In this document: piece after piece, positions 1 through 11,883 of the stretch
Numbering within the stretch: position 1 is the first letter of the stretch
How the letters are laid out: every line of letters starts with the position of its first letter
Source of the DNA: Nemertoderma westbladi
Lineage: Eukaryota > Animalia > Xenacoelomorpha
Length of the DNA stretch: 64,000 bases
Assembly: GCA_032718475.1 (NCBI GenBank)
Contig: JAUCBJ010003493.1
Coordinates: 1 to 64,000 of the forward strand
Direction: 5' to 3'
Translations under genes and position numbers: made by a program
Notes under the pieces: model-generated
Told to the model about the DNA's origin: nothing
What the model saw: only the letters and a program-made list of their open reading frames with translations
The model's database searches: none

Positions 1-780
1 ACACGATATCGCGCATCGCACCAGCGTGGTTTCGAAATTCCAAAACAAGGTCTTCACTATTTGCAGGTCGATTTTGTTCTAGAATTAAGCAACTAATAAT
101 AGATCGAATTTATTAATAATTATTGTATGAAATAGGAATGTATTTTTACATAATTATTAGTTCTATACTAATTATCGTTTTCTCTTTTATTTGAAATAAA
201 AAGTCGGTTCCTTATCGTGCCGGTACATTGTTTTGATGGTTCATAATCGCGTTATAAAATTTCAGATCTATTCTATGTTTGGTATTCGATATATTTCGTT
301 TTTTGATATTATTTTGTCGCGAAATTAAATGTATATAGACATTCATTGACTGCTGTGGCAAAAATTTATTAACGACCCTGTGCTTATAATTTCAATCTTA
401 ACAAGATTGTCTATATATTAATATTATTCGATAACAATAACTATTCGGAAAGCAGCGCTTTTTTCATTGTTATTTTTTTTAGTTTAGTAATTCGACTATT
501 ATTATATCAGAGTGGTCGAGTTTTGATCGAGTTGAGAACTTTCTAATAAGAGCGAAACGAGTGCCCATATGCCAAAAAGCGTAAAACTCAACACACGAGA
601 AGATCTTAATTTTTGCTAACATTTGAATGAAAGAGTGTTTTCCGTAACGTTTTTATATCGAATATATTATTTTATTTAAAACATTTAAAGTAGGCTTACA
701 TGGCCTACGTTACAGAATGCCTTTTCATCAGTTTCAAAGTTTGGTTAAATTTTCCGTTTCGAGTAATGGACAGAATAACT

Positions 781-940
781 ATTAACATCATTGTGTGCAA
801 AGTAGCTCTTTGCAGCGTTATGACCCGAGTTTATTTATGTACCGAGCGAGCGCAGCGAGGGAGGTTGACATCAATAAACAAGGGTCTTTAACGCTGTAAA
901 TTGACCTTTGCAAGCAATAATGATGTATGTAATTTTGTTG
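781..940. repeat. Imperfect ~160 bp palindrome centred on GAGCGAGCGCAGCGAG, probably the end of a non-autonomous DNA element (Crypton-like architecture)
   Basis: Arms ACATCATTG..TGCAAAG..GCAGCGTTATGACCC and GGGTCTTTAACGCTGT..CTTTGCA..AATGATGT pair. A similar palindrome sits at ~4850-4985 (centre ACGAACGAACGTTAGTGAGTGAGT) and related hairpins at 1418-1515. The family name is inferred from architecture only. Confidence 0.4.
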
Positions 941-1635
941 CATTACGTCAACTTATCAGCGTTCGGTATGTGAAGAAAGGATTTTATGGATGCTCATTTA
1001 TACATTTTAATCATGTACTAACTATATCGAATATAAGTGAAATTTATTAACAGGTACGCTGGTACACAGTATTAATTATACATTTAAATCTAATTCAAAG
1101 TTTTTTGGAAGTTATCTCCTATATGGATGTGATAAATCATGAATCCATCTTGACTATAGTCGACTGAAGCAAACTGAGTCACCGTCTGTGTCCGTTCTGT
1201 TTTACGGAACACTGTCGCCATTTTCTTTGGTCATTTTAGTGTCTTCCAGTGGACGTTTCGCCATAATGGATTTTACAGCACACGTTAAACAATTATTTAC
1301 ATTCAGTTGTAGCTAGTCCCGTCACTGCAAACTGGATAATAAAGCTGCACTCATTAACATAAATGGAAATAATACATTCTGGAATACGGTAATTGAAGTT
1401 GTTTCCATGTCATTGATTACTTTGCAGCGTTCCGTCCTATAGGTCGCAACGCTGCAAAGTACAGTAGTACTGTACTTTGCAGCGTTACGAGTAATTCACC
1501 AGAACGCTGTTAAATTGACATAATGTAACAAAAGTTAATGTTTTGTCAAACTGAATGGTCATACGCATTAAGTAACCCAATAATCAAAAGTTAGATGGAA
1601 CTATGGGAAACATCGTACGTTGTATTAAATTAATT

Positions 1636-2200
1636 TACTGTGGAACGAGCCACGATTAGTGAGCGAAGCTACTAGTGCACAATTTCAATTAGTATTAGGG
1701 CCTAATATCTTGTCCGTCTGTTTGTCTGTCCGTCTGTCTGTAATAGAAAATCCAATCGTTTTGAAGCCTTTACTCAATTCTAACCTAATTTGAATGAACG
1801 TACTAGAAAGGTAAAAGTTCCAATATTTTGAACATTTTCCTGGGGCATTCGCGCTGCACGAGTCAAGTACTCGGGTTACCCGTTCTCGAGTAAGCAGCCG
1901 CTCGTGCTGCGCGACGCTTCACGTACGTTTATTTATATTCTGCGAGACGTTCGAATAGGCTGGAGTCCTGAAGTGCTATAGTGCAGTGGAACCACAAACA
2001 TATCCACATCCACAACCACACACATACATACTAATAAAGGTGTCGCGATGTCGGGTTATAATTCTACTCCAGCTCTCGGAAATGTTGATCCAATCGACGG
2101 TAAACAAACTGAACTTTTACAAAAAAACCGTACCAATTTCAGGGTCTTCATAACTCGGTGAAAAGGGCTCCTTACCGCAACGCTTGCGTTGCGTTTCTAG
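1636..2200 (+). mobile_element. Helentron-associated (DINE/HINE-like) non-autonomous element fragment
   Basis: Starts with the TGTGGAACGAGCCAC hairpin shared with copies at ~14939, 15550, 40925, 41635, 41722 and 41807. A GTCC/GTCT microsatellite follows at 1711-1741, as in DINE-1-like elements. Right boundary approximate. Confidence 0.4.
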
Positions 2201-3658
2201 TTAATAAATACACTAAATTCTAGAACGTGTTATTTATTTTAAGAGTTGGTTGGCAACAGCGGTATGCCTATACAATATCTACACCATGTCCCAGAATATA
2301 GTGTCGTAATTCAGTGACACGGCCCCCCCCCCCCTAATTTTTCTACAAATCTTAATGAGATTGCATGAAATTTGAAACAGAGATAGTTCCACCTCCCGAC
2401 CACTGAGTGGGTGAGCCAGAATTTTTATTTTTGTTTTCAATCTTTAGCTACAAGCGTTTAAAAACAGTGTCTCCGGCGATATTACACCAGTTGTACTGCA
2501 GTTATTCTTCTACCTTATAGCAGTTTGTTGGTACCGATGGAAAGCTGACCATGCAAGGATTCCAAATATGTAAAAATATTTGAATTTGGTTGGGAAATAG
2601 CTGAGCTATGGGCGTTCGAAAGTTGCATGTATTTTCACCTCCAATGGGCTATTTTATTCTATTTTATAAATACACAGAATTCTGGAATATTTTATTTATT
2701 TCATAAATAGCTATGCATTAGTAATACAAATGCAAGTTAAACGGAGGAAAACAATTACCTGTAGTATACCTTGATAGTCAGTACTTGCGCTGCTGTTTTT
2801 TGCAAAATAAAATATTCCAGAATTCTGTGTATTTATAAAATAGAATAAAATAGCCCATTGGAGGTGAAAATACATGCAACTTTCGAACGCCCATAGCTCA
2901 GCTATTTCCCAACCAAATTCAAATATTTTTACATATTTGGAATCCTTGCATGGTCAGCTTTCCATCGGTACCAACAAACTGCTATAAGGTAGAAGAATAA
3001 CTGCAGTACAACTGGTGTAATATCGCCGGAGACACTGTTTTTAAACGCTTGTAGCTAAAGATTGAAAGCAAAAATAAAAATTCTGGCTCACCCACTCAGT
3101 GGTCGGGAGGTGGAACTATCTCTGTTTCAAATTTCATGCAATCTCATTAAGATTTGTAGAAAAATTAGGGGGGGGGGGCCGTGTCACTGAATTACGACAC
3201 TATATTCTGGGACATGGTGTATATTGCGTAGCTAATCATACATAAACAAATTGCTCCAGAATATTGTGTATTTATTTATTTATTAAATAGAATAAATGTC
3301 CTGCAGCGAACGATAATTCTTACAATCTTTGAACGCCTATATCTCAGCTGTTTCTTAACGAAATTCGGGAATCCTTGCAACGCAAGCTTTATAAAAAATA
3401 TGAAAAAATTACGACTAAAGTGAAGAATGGCAATAATACGAATGGTGTTATTTCGCTAAAGAATCTTTTTAAAACGCTTATAAAACAAATTTATAGGCGA
3501 AATCGAAAATTCCGGCTTCATGGTAACAACCACGGTGAGTTGAACTAGTTGTGTTTCAAATTTCAAGCAATATTGTAGAATATGTTGATTTGTAGAAAAA
3601 TTTGGGGGGGTGGGTCCGTGTCATCAGAAAATGACACTATATTACGGGTCATGGTGTA
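2200..3658. mobile_element. Older related MITE (centre plus right arm) hosting the 2282-3219 insertion
   Basis: 3222-3658 ends in GACACTATATTACGGGTCATGGTGTA and is the reverse complement of 15685-16070. 2200-2281 plus 3222-3250 match 16055-16159. Confidence 0.8.
2282..3219. mobile_element. Young foldback MITE (938 bp) with ~415 bp near-perfect terminal inverted repeats and TA TSD
   Basis: 2280-2697 is the reverse complement of 2805-3221, with a ~107 bp spacer. Ends are TA|CACCATG...CATGGTG|TA. The empty site is visible in the paralogous sequence at 16071-16159. Confidence 0.93.
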
Positions 3659-5136
3659 CAAAATTAAAAATGTAACAAAATGTAAAATATTATTTTTTAA
3701 ATCATTATATTATAATCGAGGAAAAACATTTTTAGAACAATAGTGAAGGGTAACGTTTAAAACCCGAAATTTGTAGCAAATAGTAGCTATTTTAAAGTTA
3801 CTGATTGGTTTATATATATTATTATTGAAAAAATATAATTTATAGTAATATTAATTGGTAAACAACATGACACACGTATGGTTGGTGTTGAGAGAGATTT
3901 TTGTATATGAAAGGCGGCGAATTTGGAATTAAAATGCGAATTCAGTGAAAATATCACCGCATGGAGTAAATTTGGACGGGTTAGACCAACTGTTAGAAAT
4001 CGCTGCCAGTGTTATTTTTCCAATCCTAAACCTTTTTCTTAAAATAAGCCCGGAGTTTGAGAAAATATAATTCCTTAGAAGTTGTTAAATTACAGATCGG
4101 GCTGACAGTATTTAACGGACTTTTCTTAAATTGACAGACATTTGTAAACACTGGATTGAAAATGGAGTACAGCAGAATAGGCCATAGCCTAGGACCCACC
4201 ACAGCAAGGAGACACCCACATTTTGATTTCCAATATCCCTTTTTTGCCACAAAATTGCGGACAATAAAGACTTTAAAATCAACGATATAGGGAGTTTATT
4301 TTATTGAATTCGCAGTTTAAAATGAAACCAAAATGATAAAACCAACGTGAGTACCGGAAAGTGAATCCCAAAAACTAAATAAATTCCTTTTATTTAACTA
4401 GGCAAATCCGACTCCGCGACGGATCCACCAGGCGACAACGCATCGAAACCAACCGGATATCCCGTGATCACTCTCGTCGGAATTGTGACTATCACAATGA
4501 TTAACTAATTAACTGAGACTCCTTCAGTACCTCCGATTTCAGTTAATTCTCTGCAGTAAAGTAACACAATAAGTACCAGTTATATTAATTTGTTTGTATT
4601 AATTTTAAGTAACACAAGATGCAACCTTTATATTGATTACACTAATCTGGTAATGATTAAATCAAAGACGATACAAATGATATGAAACTTTTATTTTTCT
4701 TCAGCGGGATATAATTCGATGCTGCATCAAATTTTGAAAACCATCGAATATTTAAACTCAAATTTTTAGGTGCTTTTGGTTTATATACGGGGTGTATATA
4801 GGCTTTGTATGGGATTTTGTGTGTTCTGCATTATGATGTAATAACTATTTACATACTTGTTTGTAAAGTAGCACTTTACAGTATGATGATCCGAGTGGCT
4901 TTGTTACACGAACGAACGTTAGTGAGTGAGTGAAAATAAAGCCACGAGGATTAGAACACTGTAAAATAGTTTGCAACAAGTATATATGTAGTTTTATTCC
5001 AAAATGTTAACACATTACGAAATGATTGTACGTAAACATTATAAGTGATAGAAACTGCACAAATTAAATAAATGTAAAAGTGACATAAATTATGTCATAA
5101 ATAAGTTAGCTTATATTTATGGTGGCGTTTGGGGCT

Positions 5137-5816
5137 CTCTTACAGTTTGCCGTGCCACCTATTGCTATAATGGCACGGTAAAGTGTAATAGGACTGAGGA
5201 GCTCTTTTACAGTTTGCCGAGCCACCTATTGCTATAATGGCACGGTAAAGTGTAATAGGACTGAGGAGCTCTTTTACAGTTTGCCGAGCCACCTATATAT
5301 TCAATATAATTCAAAAAAATATGATTGTTATAATTATATAATATATATTTACGCAAGTGATACCGTAATTGACTCTACGTACAATTACATTTTGTTACGT
5401 CTTCTGTAGCTAATGTTTTTATTGTTTGTTACTAAACCGGGTACACTTCCTTCTAGTTTCCATAATTATGATAGGATAGATTAAAAACTATCATTTTATT
5501 ATATATAAAAATTGCAGAATGGCAAGCTAGCTAGTTTTTGTTTCTTGTTTTTTAAATGTTCTAGAACATTATCAATCCATTTCATATAAAAATGTTGTTC
5601 TAGAACAAAAAATACAAAGCACTAGCTAATTTGTTAATTTTTTATTGTATGTTATCTTTGTATAAATTTTTTATACTAGTTATTTTTTGTTTCTTTTTTT
5701 AATGTTCTAGAACATATTATATATACATTTAATATAAAAATTTTGTTCTAGAACAAATATTTTAAGAAAATTTTATTATATGAAAATATGGCTATAATGG
5801 CACGGTAAAGTGTAAG
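5137..5816. repeat. 67-bp tandem repeat of hairpin-forming units; the third unit is interrupted by a ~495 bp AT-rich insert
   Basis: TACAGTTTGCCG occurs at 5141, 5208 and 5275. Each unit has TTACAGTTTGCCGTGCCA...TGGCACGGTAAAGTGTAA arms. The third unit resumes at 5791. Confidence 0.8.
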
Positions 5817-5943
5817 AGTCCCGCGTTTGGAGCCATATTATAATAATATAGCTAGGCCCTACTGGTTATTAATACAGTAGCTATTCCTCACCTACCGGTA
5901 GGTAATGCAGTAGGCCCATCTTGCTGTCAGGCAAATTTCCACC

Positions 5944-6033
5944 TATTGTTTACGTGGTATCCAATGACGGCGTTAAGTGATGTCCACTAGGGGGACATCA
6001 CTTAACGCCGTCATGGTTACCACGTAAACAATA
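5944..6033. repeat. 90-bp hairpin (22-bp perfect inner stem plus 16-bp outer stem)
   Basis: ATGACGGCGTTAAGTGATGTCC (5964-5985) pairs with GGACATCACTTAACGCCGTCAT (5993-6014). TATTGTTTACGTGGTA pairs with TACCACGTAAACAATA. Confidence 0.85.
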
Positions 6034-7788
6034 AAACCAAATACAATACTGAATGTACAGGCCAATCAATTGACCAATCGACCAATTGAAAAAAAATTAA
6101 AATGTAAAATAATTTGATAGACTTTTATTCCCTTTACTCATATGCCAAATCTCAAGAACAGAATCCCTTGTCGTTTTGAATTACAGGCGCTCGAAATTTG
6201 AACTTTGCACCCGGTTACCTTGGCAACTACAAGATAAAAATTCCAGAAAGACATTTTATTACATTGCTATGAACCCTAGTCATCATATCCACCTAACCAA
6301 AGTTGCATAAGATGGGTTTCTAAGAAAATATTATGAAAATAGTGTCATAAATAGGGAAACGATCGGCCTCCGCTAATTTCAGCAATCAGCTCGCTGCATG
6401 ACCTGTTATTTAGTACACCTTGAGGCCAATACAATGCTGTAATGTCCTCTAAAGTTGTAAAGTGCTAAATAACAACTCACTGTTAATACTAACGGCGTTG
6501 GATAATGTTACAATTTTGGAATAAAAACATTTTACATAGGAGTACAACATTTAGGCCTTGTTCTTTCAGCTCAAAAAGTCAATTAAACAGCAAAGAATCA
6601 AAGGCATCTCTTCAACCAAGAGATAGCAAAGGGGTTCCACTGTGTCCTTATGAACCCGAGAAACAGATTCTTTAAGACCTAGTATTTTATTTATTTTACC
6701 ATTTTCATAAAGGTCTTCACATACCAGATTATTTTATAGTCAGATATTTCGGTATTATTTGTCTCGGTGATATTTTATATTATTTTAAAATGTAAAAAGT
6801 TCTCAATATTTTTGTGAACGATACCAAAAGGTACGTCTTTAACTTCACAGCGACCACATAAACTTTTACCCGGTTTCTATATCTTTTCTCATTGCTGGAG
6901 TAAACCAAAGTACAGTAGTAGTTCAATATTTCATATAGTCTGATTACCGTATAGTACTAAATATCCCAGTGCTAATTGGGTTAACAGTGTCCGAAGTAAC
7001 ACCCCTAGACTCATAAAGTACTTAGACCGACCCATGGATCCTAGCCCCTTCTTATCCCGATAAATAGTTACCGCCCCTAAAGTTGAGTATAATACTATTA
7101 TATAGGCAAGTCAATCAATTTAGCAAAAAAAAGTGTCAAAACATAACAAATTCGCGATTCAACCAAACCAATTTTTTTTTATTCTATATTACCTTGTTTA
7201 TACCCCGAAAAAGTCTATAAAAATATATTATGCGAATGGCATTCAATTTCCTGGTTCTTTCCTTAGCAACTGGGATTTTGCATAACAACATGAGGTCTAT
7301 TTGTGAGATATTCTCCAAATTTGGTACAGAACAAAATTTTACTCTCATGACTATCGATTGACTGAAGTATGTACCTCTAAATAGTTCCCAATATAGTTTC
7401 CAGAGCAATGACAATTTGTCTAATAATTTAACCATTTTTAATACCAATTTTGCTGGGACCTTATTTACACTCCTTTTCTACTAAACGGGTGGATGTAACC
7501 TCGCCCATCGAATTTGTCGAACTCCAAAACCCTTATCAACAAAAAATGCATTTGTTATATTATAAACTATTGTGGTTTTTAAACTAAATCAAATAATTAA
7601 ATTACAACTAAGATCAATAGAGCAATCACAATTTAATTATGTGAAAAATCTTTGCAAACATTAATGGAAATTTCCTTTGCAGTGGAATTTTATAATTTTT
7701 CTTACATATTAGAGCAGCAGTAGTTCCAGTACTCCTCTATGGGAGTCCATGCTGGGCTCTAACTGCTGAGGACACCAAATCTCTGGAT

Positions 7789-8057
7789 AAAATCGAGTTA
7801 TATTGGTGTTGTAAGGGTCTAAGCCACGATTCTAAGTAAAACAAATTCCTTTTTATCATATGGCCATTTCGTGTATAAACACACGTCTTCAGTGATATAA
7901 ATATATATTAAAATGTTTACATAATTTACATATTAAAATAAGTACGTACGTGGTTAAATTTAATTGAATAATACTGTAAAAGATACTAATTTATACGAGG
8001 CTATCGTACAGTACATGCCTGGTTATTTTCGACATCTTTCAAACTCGCTTCATATTT
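7789..8057 (-). mobile_element. 269-bp insertion with 12-bp TSD, probably the 3' end/pseudo-LTR of a Penelope-like element
   Basis: AAATCTCTGGAT is duplicated at 7777-7788 and 8058-8069 but single in the intact LINE copy near 47175. The insert contains a minimal hammerhead motif. Confidence 0.7.
7854..7897 (-). ncRNA. Minimal type I hammerhead ribozyme
   Basis: Minus strand reads UAUCA-CUGAAGA-C-GUGUG-UUUA-UACAC-GAAA-UGGCCA-UA-UGAUA: helix I UAUCA/UGAUA, CUGANGA core, helix II, GAAA, palindromic helix III and an AUA cleavage triplet. Confidence 0.75.
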
Positions 8058-10439
8058 AAATCTCTGGATGGCACACTCACAAGAATGCTACGCCGGGTTC
8101 ATTGTGTAAGTACAATGCACACATCTCCAACCAGACACTATATAACATTGGAGGTGTCTCATTGGTTCCCCCAAGCTTGACACTAGAACAAAATCGCCTC
8201 CGCTTTGCAGGACATTGCTTTCGTCGTAAGGACCAGCCAATGCATAATCTTGTACTTTGTCAGCCTCATGGAGTGAATAAGCATGGTGGACAGCCATGAC
8301 TTTCTTGAAACGCATCTTAAAGGACACTGACCTTGAAGATGCGGATGATCTAGCAAATGTCATGGGTGATAGGGAGTTGTGGCGGTGCAATTTTGTCGAT
8401 AAGCCGGCACAGCATTCTTAAAAATGCAGCTGCAATGCAGCATGCCGAACCTAGTAGTAGAAGTAGTATGTTATAGCCAAGTCAACTAACTTATAGTATA
8501 GGGGTTAACTACTTGGCTATCTATATTGCTTTCAAGGGCCTCATGGCCCATGGTGCAATAAACCCTATATATTATTATATTAAATATTAATATAGAATCC
8601 AAATTATGTGGTTCGGTTTCATTGCGAAATACTTATGTTTTTTTGCTAGATTGACTCGACTAATAGAATTATATATAATTTTGGAGGATTATTATGAATT
8701 CGATCTTAAGATTCCACGCACTACAGTGACTGCGGTTTTAATTTTAATTTAATTTAATTTAAAATAAATACCTTCGTGTCTCTGTTTAAATTTTATATTG
8801 TTTAGGTGGGTGAGCAGGCCTTAGCCTTGTATTACGATGGCCTTTCTATGTAATATATACCCTCAAGTAAATTCCGGCTACTCAACAACGGCGTTCTAGA
8901 AATATAATATATTTCTAAAACTCACAGATAAAACAATATTAGCTACTTTAGATACATAAATTTATTAAAGAAACAAAGTTTTTACGATATTGCAATATGT
9001 GTAGCATTGCTTCGCAATTTGTCCTGATATTAATCACCTTTAGTCAAGTAGACAGTACCGACCACCGTTCAAATTGGGTATGACTGCAGTTTTTTTTGCT
9101 AAAAGTGTTAAATTGTATAAACCATTTGAAATTATTTTATATTTTACATACTCCGCATTGAGCAATTTTTTCTAGAACACTATTTATCTTAACGACAGAT
9201 GTTTTACATAGCAACAATAATGAATTAACATGCAGGTGTATATTTATCTATTTAGACACTGGTCAATCATAAATAAGGAGAATCTAAGCTCGAGAAAATA
9301 AAGCTTTAGGAATAATTATTATGGTTGAAGTTAGGAGTTACAAATTTTGTAACATTGCAGTGTTATGGCAAAAACTGTTACAGGCAGTGAACTTGTAATA
9401 CATACAAGGCTCGGTGTGCAATTTGGAGCTCATCACTGTGGCCAAGTAATGCACAGACCTACCTTTCTCTCAGGAATACATGCTGTCAGCACCCTAACTC
9501 TCTCTAGACATGTATCCTCAAGAACTGGCGGAAATATGTTAATTCGAATGTGGACTTTGTCGCGGACGCATTTATGGACAGAATGCAGAATGGCGCAGGT
9601 TTATCCTTAACGAAGTAGCAGTTGTTACCCAAACTGAGATGTTGTTTCTGTAAAGTGATGTTCGGTATTACCAGTGGACCGTAAAATGAAAGGTGAAGGA
9701 ATGTCGATGAAACAACTTCTGCATTTGCAGTAATTACTTCTAGTTAATGTTGGATAATATATTTATTTACACGTTATCACAGTCCTTGTTTGCACATTTG
9801 TAATAAAAATTGAAAGCCCAATTTACAAATTGCTGCCACATCCAACCAAAGTTTGTAGGCTATAGTGGCGGCTGCCGGCTGCATATTATCTACAGCCGCT
9901 CTCCAGAATAATACTTGCGAGCCGCTCTTCCTATATTCTTGACTGCTGCAGTATCCGTTAAATGTAAACTTCATATCTGAAATAAATAATACTTTCATTA
10001 TATTTTGTGCAAGATATTTCGCAATGCTCTAGGTTATCTTTGCAGAAATTAAAAGTTCGAATAAAAATTTCTAGTAATTAGAATAATATATATGAATATC
10101 CAGTCGGTCGAAGCCGAACCGAAGGCATCTCTTCGAAAACAGGGAGGGACTTTAGTCGCAATCAAAATTTATCCCTCTCCAGGGAAAATCGACGCAAATA
10201 ACAGCTCGTTACTCTCAAAAATAAAATGTAACCTGTTCTATTGACTTTCGTTTATTGTTGGTTAGAATAAAGTGCCACTGTAACATGCTTCTTTCACTAA
10301 ATTGGTAATTTAACATTGAGACAAAATATTAATTCGCTGAGATTTGTTTGCATCAAGTTTCTCATTCTCCTGTCTACCTCTTCAATAGCTGCTACCCGAC
10401 GGTAGGACTGGTGCTACTCCTATCCCAAGGTTTGCTTCC

Positions 10440-10495
10440 AGTAATTCAACAGGTACTCATTTTATCGACCCCAGTGGATGAAAGAAGGTAAAGAA
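10440..10495 (-). mobile_element. SINE central-domain remnant (Meta/Sauria-SINE-like)
   Basis: CAGGTACTCATTTTATCGACCCCAGTGGATGAAAG resembles the reverse complement of the conserved Meta-SINE domain as I recall it. No tRNA head recognised. Confidence 0.45.
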
Positions 10496-11883
10496 GAATG
10501 AGAACCAACCTGTTGAAACTTAGAAAGACACTAAATATTGCTACAATGAACGCACGCACTCTGAACTGCTTAGCAAACATTATTATAGCTCTGGCAATGG
10601 TATATAATATCGACAACATTTGTATTCAAGTATAATGAATGACATTTCGTAACGTCCATTCATTTCCAGTCTGCAAGTTCAGCAATTCGGTCAATGTTTC
10701 AATTGGTGTAGTATGAATTCTGCTAAGTCCATTTGCACTTCTGACACTAAACCTCATCGAATATAAAATTTCCAGGATCATAAACTCATAATTACAACAT
10801 TTTTGGTGGGAATCACAAGACAACAGCAATGTGTTGCTACAGTCCAAACAATGCATCAGAGCCAGAACAAGCAGTCAAGGGCTATAAGATCTGAATAGAG
10901 TCATTGATACCTACAAACACCACATTCGAAAAGAGTAAGGATGGACATTTTTAAATACTATCTATTTTAAATTTTAAAAATTACTACCATATGTTCTAGA
11001 ACATTATATTTTATTTTATTTATGTTCTAGAGTAGTTAAATAACATTAATATGGTGTTCTAGAACTCTCCATGGTTGTCATAGTAACAATGATTTATGAT
11101 TAAAAAAGTGTAGTGGCACACGGAACCGTTACCTACTGTATTGGGCTACATAAAGAGTATTACAAAATGATCAATAATGCTTGATAGGGCCGTGGCTAGA
11201 CGTTTTTAAATTATTTTCAAACAATAATTATTGTAAAGCGAAAATACAAATCTTCTTAAATAGGGAGATATTCTACATACTAAATGGCGGCATACATTTA
11301 CCTTTAAAATTGACGTAGCAACTTCGATAGAATCGAGTTTTCCAAAATAGTTAGTTCTTCAAGCTCACCATCTCCCAAATCCAACGGAATCTTCACATTT
11401 CCAGCCAATTCTTCGTATCGCGGCAATCTTGTTTCGCAAATGGCAAAAGTCATTTATCACATTGCTATCGCTGCATTTTATCACGCGTTTCCAACTTTTG
11501 GATTTTTTGGATCTAACGCCTAACATAAGGTAGATCCCCAGATAAGGCAATCTTTCTCAAAACTAAATGTTACTATTAATTTTTTTAATTATTTTAGCCA
11601 AAGCACTCGTCTCCTCCAACTCTCTTTATGGCCCTTTCCATTGCCTAAATGTAGCCTATTACTGCAATGTTTTGAAATATGTATTACATTAAACATAATA
11701 TTCTAGAATGTTTAATGTTGTTGCTAACACATTCTCTATATACATAGCTTAACATTTTTGGGTAATTTTGTTATGATTTTACCCTCCAAACAAACGGAAA
11801 TAAAAAAAATTGCTCAACCTTTCCGAAAGTCTTTATAGCGAAAATGTATTGTTATAATGTGGAACAACATCATGAGCAAATAA

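Larger units (their letters stand above)
7709..8468 (+). mobile_element. 5'-truncated RTE-clade LINE 3' fragment (same family as 44634-47592)
   Basis: Nearly identical to 47105-47580. Contains the RLRFAGHCFR motif and ends in a (GTA)n-type tail. Confidence 0.93.

Noticed and set aside
220-330. Sequence repeated at ~14200-14320 as possible LTRs flanking the glycoprotein ORF
   Set aside because: Short, diverged match without TG...CA ends or TSD; looks like a dispersed DNA-element fragment.
5137-5296. CRISPR-like array of palindromic repeats
   Set aside because: Units are contiguous with identical intervening sequence, there are no unique spacers or cas genes, and the context is eukaryotic.
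5555-5755. Clustered TTCTAGAA as heat-shock elements
   Set aside because: The motif recurs throughout AT-rich repeats in the window (e.g. 10990-11065) and no promoter is linked.
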